The notes under the pieces were generated by a model. That model worked only from the letters and a program-made list of their open reading frames with translations, did no database searches and was not told the origin of the DNA. From positions 240,001 to 272,000 of the forward strand of contig OY969902.1 in assembly GCA_963704435.1 (NCBI GenBank): a stretch of DNA of 32,000 nt, in the 5' to 3' direction. The stretch comes from an uncultured archaeon. Its GTDB lineage: Archaea; Micrarchaeota; Micrarchaeia; Micrarchaeales; CABMGC01. Below, in pieces: positions 27,523-32,000 of this stretch; positions within the stretch are counted from its first letter, which is position 1; the number at the start of each line of letters is the position of its first letter. A program made the translations under genes and the position numbers.

Positions 27523-27576
27523 TTATACGTATTATACGCAAAGCTATATATACCTATTCATTCGTAATACGTATTA
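27523..27576. promoter_or_regulatory. Divergent promoter/operator region with two related 12-bp palindromes and a TATA-like element
   Basis: TTATACGTATTA (27523-27534, one mismatch) and TAATACGTATTA (27565-27576, perfect palindrome), with tatatata-like 'ctatatata' between. Confidence 0.55.
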
Positions 27577-27602
27577 TAAGTGTAATAAGTAAGGTGCGAT
27601 GT

Positions 27603-28799
27603 ATGGATATGAGAAGGATAAAGGGACAACAGATAGCGCAGACTTGTCAGATACAGAAGAAAGACGAATACAATTGGATAGTGCCGAGCCAGTCGGGGAG
27701 AAGTAGTTATAGGGTAAGCCACTATGGAAAGGACTTCAAGTGCAACTGCCCTGACTACGAGCTAAGGCAACAGCCATGCAAGCATGTCTACGCAGTCATG
27801 GAGATAGTCCTAAAGTGGTTAGACAAGCAGGGAAACGAAACTACAATGACAATAAAGAAGAAAGTCTATTCGCAGGATTGGCATCAGTATAACATAAATC
27901 AGGAACAGGAGAAAGGCAAGTTTATGGAACTGCTGAAAGACCTATGCCAAGAAGTGCCAGAACCGCCATACGTATTCGGAAGACCTACCATAGCCATAAG
28001 GGATTTGCTGTTTTCTTCAACCTTAAAGGTCTATTCTCAATTCTCTTTGAGGAGATTTAAGTCCGATTTGGGAATAGCAAAAGAGAAGCAATTGATAGGG
28101 CAATTGCCTTCAAGGTCTGCGATAAGCGAGTTCATGCAGAGCGAGGAAACAACTCCAATTCTTAGCAGATTGATACAGCTATCGGCGTTGCCTTTAAGGA
28201 GCGTAGAGAAGGACTTTGCAGTAGACAGTAGCGGATTTAGGACTACGAAGTTTAGTGAATATTGCAGAGAAAAGCACAACACGAAACAGCACCATGAATG
28301 GATTAAGTGCCACGTAATGACAGGCGTTAAGACCAACATCATAACTGCCGTAGAAGTGGGTTTTGAGAATGATGCAGACAGCCCTAAGTTTATACCTCTT
28401 GTAAATGCAACTGCCAATGTGGGTTTTGATATGGAAGAAGTGTCTGCTGATAAAGCCTACAACTCGATAGAGAACTACAACGCAGTTCAGGCAGTAGGCG
28501 GAATTGCATACATACCTTTCAAGAGCAATGCGACTGGGCAGTCCAACAGAACCAATGGCAATAAGGCAAGGTTGTGGCGCAAGATGTTCCACTACTTCCA
28601 GCTTAACCAAGATGAGTTCTTGGAGCATTACCATAAGAGAAGCAACGTGGAAACGACGTTCTTTATGATAAAGGCGAAGTTCAATGATTTGCTGAAAAGC
28701 AAAACGAGAACGGCACAGATGAATGAGTTGTTGCTAAAGATTCTGTGCCATAATATTGTAGTCGTAAATAACGAAATTAACAACATAAAATTAACTTAA
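27603..28799 (+). CDS. DDE transposase-like protein with N-terminal SWIM zinc finger (ORF track opens at 27510; MDMRRIKG start preferred)
   Basis: SWIM CNCPDYELRQQPCKH; catalytic FAVDSSGF, VSADKAY, YREK motif Y-HK-R-SNV-E-TTFFMI-K. Confidence 0.85.
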   Translation: MDMRRIKGQQIAQTCQIQKKDEYNWIVPSQSGRSSYRVSHYGKDFKCNCPDYELRQQPCKHVYAVMEIVLKWLDKQGNETTMTIKKKVYSQDWHQYNINQEQEKGKFMELLKDLCQEVPEPPYVFGRPTIAIRDLLFSSTLKVYSQFSLRRFKSDLGIAKEKQLIGQLPSRSAISEFMQSEETTPILSRLIQLSALPLRSVEKDFAVDSSGFRTTKFSEYCREKHNTKQHHEWIKCHVMTGVKTNIITAVEVGFENDADSPKFIPLVNATANVGFDMEEVSADKAYNSIENYNAVQAVGGIAYIPFKSNATGQSNRTNGNKARLWRKMFHYFQLNQDEFLEHYHKRSNVETTFFMIKAKFNDLLKSKTRTAQMNELLLKILCHNIVVVNNEINNIKLT

Positions 28800-29320
28800 A
28801 CTTTCTTTTGACTCTGTCTTTTTATAAACTCAGCTCTATATAGACCATATCTCATAATTGTCCCGATAGTTAGCAATACAGCAAATACTGCATAGGAAGT
28901 AAAGAAGGTAGAGAAAAAGAATAGCAGAATATTTTCTATGAGATTTGATGAAACATTTACAAAAATAGAAGAGACTATATCTATAGAAATGCTCACTCCT
29001 GCTAAAATTGATGAATACCAAAAAATGAATAATAAGCTATCGTAAATCTTGTTCTCTCTTAATAATGAAACGAAATCATTATCTGACATTGATACGAGTA
29101 TTGTCAAAGATGCAATAACAATTGCTATCATACCCGAAGCTATTGTAGCGTATATTGGTGATATAACTTTGAGTAAAGTTATTACCAATCCTGACTGATA
29201 ACTTATACTGGTAAAAATAATGGCAAGTGCCAATGCTAAAAGAAAATCAACAGAAGTAATTAACTTTGTTAGCTTATATTTCCTAAGCATAGCAAAGAAA
29301 GTCGTATCTTCGTATCTCAT
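28796..29320 (-). CDS. Small multi-TM membrane protein (about 4 TM)
   Basis: Hydrophobic blocks FLLALALAIIFTSI, ISPIYATIASGMIAIVIASLTIL, SLLFIFWYSSILAGVSISI, LLFFFSTFFTSYAVFAVLLTIG. Confidence 0.8.
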   Translation of the reverse strand: MRYEDTTFFAMLRKYKLTKLITSVDFLLALALAIIFTSISYQSGLVITLLKVISPIYATIASGMIAIVIASLTILVSMSDNDFVSLLRENKIYDSLLFIFWYSSILAGVSISIDIVSSIFVNVSSNLIENILLFFFSTFFTSYAVFAVLLTIGTIMRYGLYRAEFIKRQSQKKV

Positions 29321-29871
29321 TTCTTTTCCTCCCCTTTGAGATATTTCTTAAATCTGGTTAGCAATATCTTGATTAAATTGTCTGATTTTTTAAGTGGGAT
29401 TGTCTCTCGTATAATATTATCTTTTGAAGAGATGGTCTGTGTTCCTTCTCCTTCCACTCTTGCCTTATAAGCTCCATAACCCGCATCACTTAAACCAATA
29501 GCTTCTCTTACAATTCCACCTTCTGCTTGGACATTTAATCCTTCTGGATTGTCAAATTGCATTTTGCCATCTTCTATTCCAGATTTATGAAACATTTCAT
29601 CTAATTTTTTGAATATTTCTTTATCATCAGGATTTGAGGGTATGAGCTGAAAAGTTACTCTGACTACTTTTTTATCTTTGAGCATAGTGAATACTCTGCC
29701 TTCTTCCACCATGAGACGTATTTTCATTGCAGTTAAATCAGGAAAATAAGAGAGATAAGAATTTTCAAATATCTTAACGAACTTCTCTATCTTTATATCT
29801 GGCCTTCTCTCTTCAAATATGATGGTCTGCGTTTTTGGATGTATTATGAAGTTGGAGGCTTTGTTTAACAA
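29317..29871 (-). CDS. Hypothetical cytosolic partner protein (TTG start); tentative resemblance to the C-terminal part of DUF4747-type proteins
   Basis: Stop overlaps the start of the 4-TM gene by 4 nt; 'RVTFQLIPSNPDDKEIFKKLDEM' and 'TISSKDNIIRETIP' by-eye resemblance only. Confidence 0.65.
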   Translation of the reverse strand: MLNKASNFIIHPKTQTIIFEERRPDIKIEKFVKIFENSYLSYFPDLTAMKIRLMVEEGRVFTMLKDKKVVRVTFQLIPSNPDDKEIFKKLDEMFHKSGIEDGKMQFDNPEGLNVQAEGGIVREAIGLSDAGYGAYKARVEGEGTQTISSKDNIIRETIPLKKSDNLIKILLTRFKKYLKGEEKK

Positions 29872-29930
29872 GTCAAAATCTGTTTGATATGTTCTGGATT
29901 CTGTTTAAAAAGTCAGCCTTCAGTTAGTTC

Positions 29931-30404
29931 TCAAATTGACAATGCGCCCATGCTCTTTGCAGTATCTATCTTAATTCCTAATTCCCTCAAAATAGACATG
30001 CCTATTATTGGGTGATTCTGAGTTATGGTTTTCCCATCCTCTCCAGCAGCATCGCACTGATCTGCCTTATCGCATACCGTACATATGAAATAAATTTCCT
30101 TCGAGAGAATTCTGATTTTGCCATAGAAGTTATTCGGTTTACAATTGCGTTTCACACGGTCATCAACAAACCAAGTCTCAGCTCTATCATCTGTTGGGCA
30201 CAAACCAATCTCTTTAGCTAACTCTTCTGGAATAAGGGATATCTGTGCTCCAGTGTCTATGAATGCTAAGACTTTACGGCTCCCTGAGGAGCCCGTTAAT
30301 TCTACCCATTCATGAACTTTAAATGCAGTAGTAGAACCCTCTCTGGCTAAGGTGCTGCGGTAGCTTTCCAGAACTCTCTCCTTGGTTTCGTTTGTGCATT
30401 CCAT
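29931..30404 (-). CDS. Retropepsin-like aspartic protease domain protein
   Basis: VLAFIDTGAQISLIPEELAKEIGL flap/active site and PIIGMSILRELGIKIDTAKS distal motif. Confidence 0.75.
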   Translation of the reverse strand: MECTNETKERVLESYRSTLAREGSTTAFKVHEWVELTGSSGSRKVLAFIDTGAQISLIPEELAKEIGLCPTDDRAETWFVDDRVKRNCKPNNFYGKIRILSKEIYFICTVCDKADQCDAAGEDGKTITQNHPIIGMSILRELGIKIDTAKSMGALSI

Positions 30405-30470
30405 AGCATTCCCATTTTACTAATAGCTAAAAGATTAATATTTTGAGAGCATAGTCAAAGCGATACTTCT

Positions 30471-30839
30471 ATGGATAACCTTACAAAGTCGCAAAGGAGC
30501 CATGTGATGTCAACCATAAGAAGCAGGAACACGGCCCCAGAGTTGCGCATCAAGAAGCTGATGCAGGCGTTAAACTTTCGCTACCAGCCAAAAGGCATCT
30601 ATGGAAAGCCTGACTTCGCAAACAGGAAGGAGAAAATAGCGGTGTTCATCGACGGGTGCTTTTGGCACGGATGTCAGATACACTACAAGACTCCTACGAG
30701 CAACGTGGATTTCTGGAAAAGAAAAGTGAGCACGAACATCAAGCACGATAGGAAAGTCTCGTATGTGCTGAGGGTGGAAGGATGGAGAGTCATCAGAATA
30801 TGGGAGCATTCTATAACTGCGCTTGAGTCTAAGGATTGA
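30471..30839 (+). CDS. vsr: Very short patch repair endonuclease (Vsr)
   Basis: MSTIRSRNTAPELRIKKLMQALNFRY...GKPDFANRKEKIAVFIDGCFWHGC...FWKRKVSTNIKHDRK...WRVIRIWEHSI. Confidence 0.95.
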   Translation: MDNLTKSQRSHVMSTIRSRNTAPELRIKKLMQALNFRYQPKGIYGKPDFANRKEKIAVFIDGCFWHGCQIHYKTPTSNVDFWKRKVSTNIKHDRKVSYVLRVEGWRVIRIWEHSITALESKD

Positions 30840-30890
30840 GCCAATCCAGGGATTTAAATATCTTGACTTCTACAACCAACTGTGTGAGCT

Positions 30891-31949
30891 ATGCACTCCA
30901 AGGGTACTGCTGTAGATCTCTTTTCTGGGGCAGGGGGTGCAAGCGAGGGGATTGAGCAGGCAGGTTTTGAAGTGGCTGCCGCCAACGAGATAAATGCACA
31001 TGCCGCACTTACCTACAAGTTCAACCATCCAGACACCGAGCTGATACAGAAAGATGTGAGGAAACTCACTTCGAAAGAGCTGCTCAGGACAGTAAATAGG
31101 ATTGATTTGCTCTTTGCAGGGATTCCATGCCAAGGGTTCTCGAACGCAGGCAGGAAAGACACGCACGACCGCAGAAACTATCTCTTTCGTGAAGTCATAA
31201 GGCTGGCACGTGAAATAAAGCCACCCTTTGTCCTCATCGAGAACGTAGCTGGGTTGCTTGCGCAGAGAAATCGACCTTTTCTCGGTCTGATTGAAGCGGG
31301 CATGAAGCGGACGGGGTACACCGTCTCACACAGATTGTTCGACACATCGGAATTCGGGGTTCCGCAGAGAAGGAGGCGGATTCTGATATTGGCATCTCAG
31401 GATAAAGATGTAACACTGGAATCTTTTAGCTGGAAAAGTCCAGAGGTTGTATCAGTAATGGGGGCTATCGGCGACCTCGATTTCCTGGACCACGGCATTG
31501 CAGCAGAATATCTTAAACTTCCAAGGACACTTTATCAGAAAAAAATGCGTGGAAGCCAAAAGGAGTTATGGAACCACGAAACAGCAAGGCATTCGAGAAA
31601 GGTGGCGAGAAGATTTTCAATCTTGAGGGAGGGAGAGGTGATGCGTACTGCGCTCCCGCGAAGCAGGACAAGGAAGATATACACCGTCAAGCTTCAGGGT
31701 GGAGAGCTATCACCCACAATGACAACTATGCCAGACGACTATGTTCATTATGCACTACCGAGGACGCTCACGGTGAGAGAGATGGCAAGATTGCAGTCCT
31801 TTAGAGATTCATACCTCTTCCTTGGCCCAAGGACCACAGGCGGCACGTTGAGGAGGATGAGCGTCCCTCAGTACACGCAGGTCGGAAATGCCGTGCCGCC
31901 ACTCTTTCTGAAGCAAATTTGCCTTTTGTTGGCGAAAACAATGAGCTAA
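30891..31949 (+). CDS. dcm: DNA (cytosine-5-)-methyltransferase
   Basis: VDLFSGAGGASEGIEQAGF, FAGIPCQGFSNAGRKD, VLIENVAG, FGVPQRRRRILI, QVGNAVPP motifs. Confidence 0.95.
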   Translation: MHSKGTAVDLFSGAGGASEGIEQAGFEVAAANEINAHAALTYKFNHPDTELIQKDVRKLTSKELLRTVNRIDLLFAGIPCQGFSNAGRKDTHDRRNYLFREVIRLAREIKPPFVLIENVAGLLAQRNRPFLGLIEAGMKRTGYTVSHRLFDTSEFGVPQRRRRILILASQDKDVTLESFSWKSPEVVSVMGAIGDLDFLDHGIAAEYLKLPRTLYQKKMRGSQKELWNHETARHSRKVARRFSILREGEVMRTALPRSRTRKIYTVKLQGGELSPTMTTMPDDYVHYALPRTLTVREMARLQSFRDSYLFLGPRTTGGTLRRMSVPQYTQVGNAVPPLFLKQICLLLAKTMS

Positions 31950-32000
31950 AGGCAGCAGTTAACTCTGCGGTTCACCGAAAAGTATATATATCTATTTGCC

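Noticed and set aside
27350-28870. Terminal inverted repeats for the SWIM-DDE gene
   Set aside because: By-eye comparison of both flanks found no convincing inverted match; the palindromes at 27523-27576 are local and better explained as operators.
30870-31166. 98-aa minus-strand ORF over the dcm start
   Set aside because: Antisense to conserved methyltransferase motifs.
1-32000. tRNA/rRNA genes
   Set aside because: Intergenic gaps were read for cloverleaf/GGTTCRAATC-like T-arms; none convincing. tRNAscan-SE would be decisive.

Overview
Archaeal genomic window, probably from a DPANN/Micrarchaeota-like lineage (inference, from archaeal Nop5, TopoVI-B, an archaeal RecJ/DHH-like protein, a tetraether-synthase-like radical SAM enzyme, class III signal-peptide proteins and TATA-rich promoters). 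About 1-24,000 is G+C-rich and densely coding. It holds KaiC-like ATPase, DHH phosphoesterase, Tes-like radical SAM, Nop5 with a long RG-rich repeat tail, GlyRS, OGG-like glycosylase, LamG/pilin-like surface protein, an IS element, a VirB4/HerA-like ATPase-membrane protein operon, TopoVI-B, a KH protein and an EF-Tu-domain-II protein. About 24,150-32,000 becomes strikingly A+T-rich and looks like a defence/mobile island. Its contents are a three-gene operon (small RHH-like protein missing from the ORF track, TIR protein with C-terminal TM helix, all-in-one restriction-methylation enzyme), a divergent SWIM-zinc-finger DDE transposase-like gene, an overlapping cytosolic/4-TM gene pair, a retropepsin-like protease, and a Vsr + C5-methyltransferase pair. 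The best candidates for an undescribed system are the RHH-TIR(TM)-RM operon with its twin TAATACGTATTA-type palindromes and the adjacent 4-TM/cytosolic pair. No tRNA, rRNA or CRISPR array was recognised. No database search was run.
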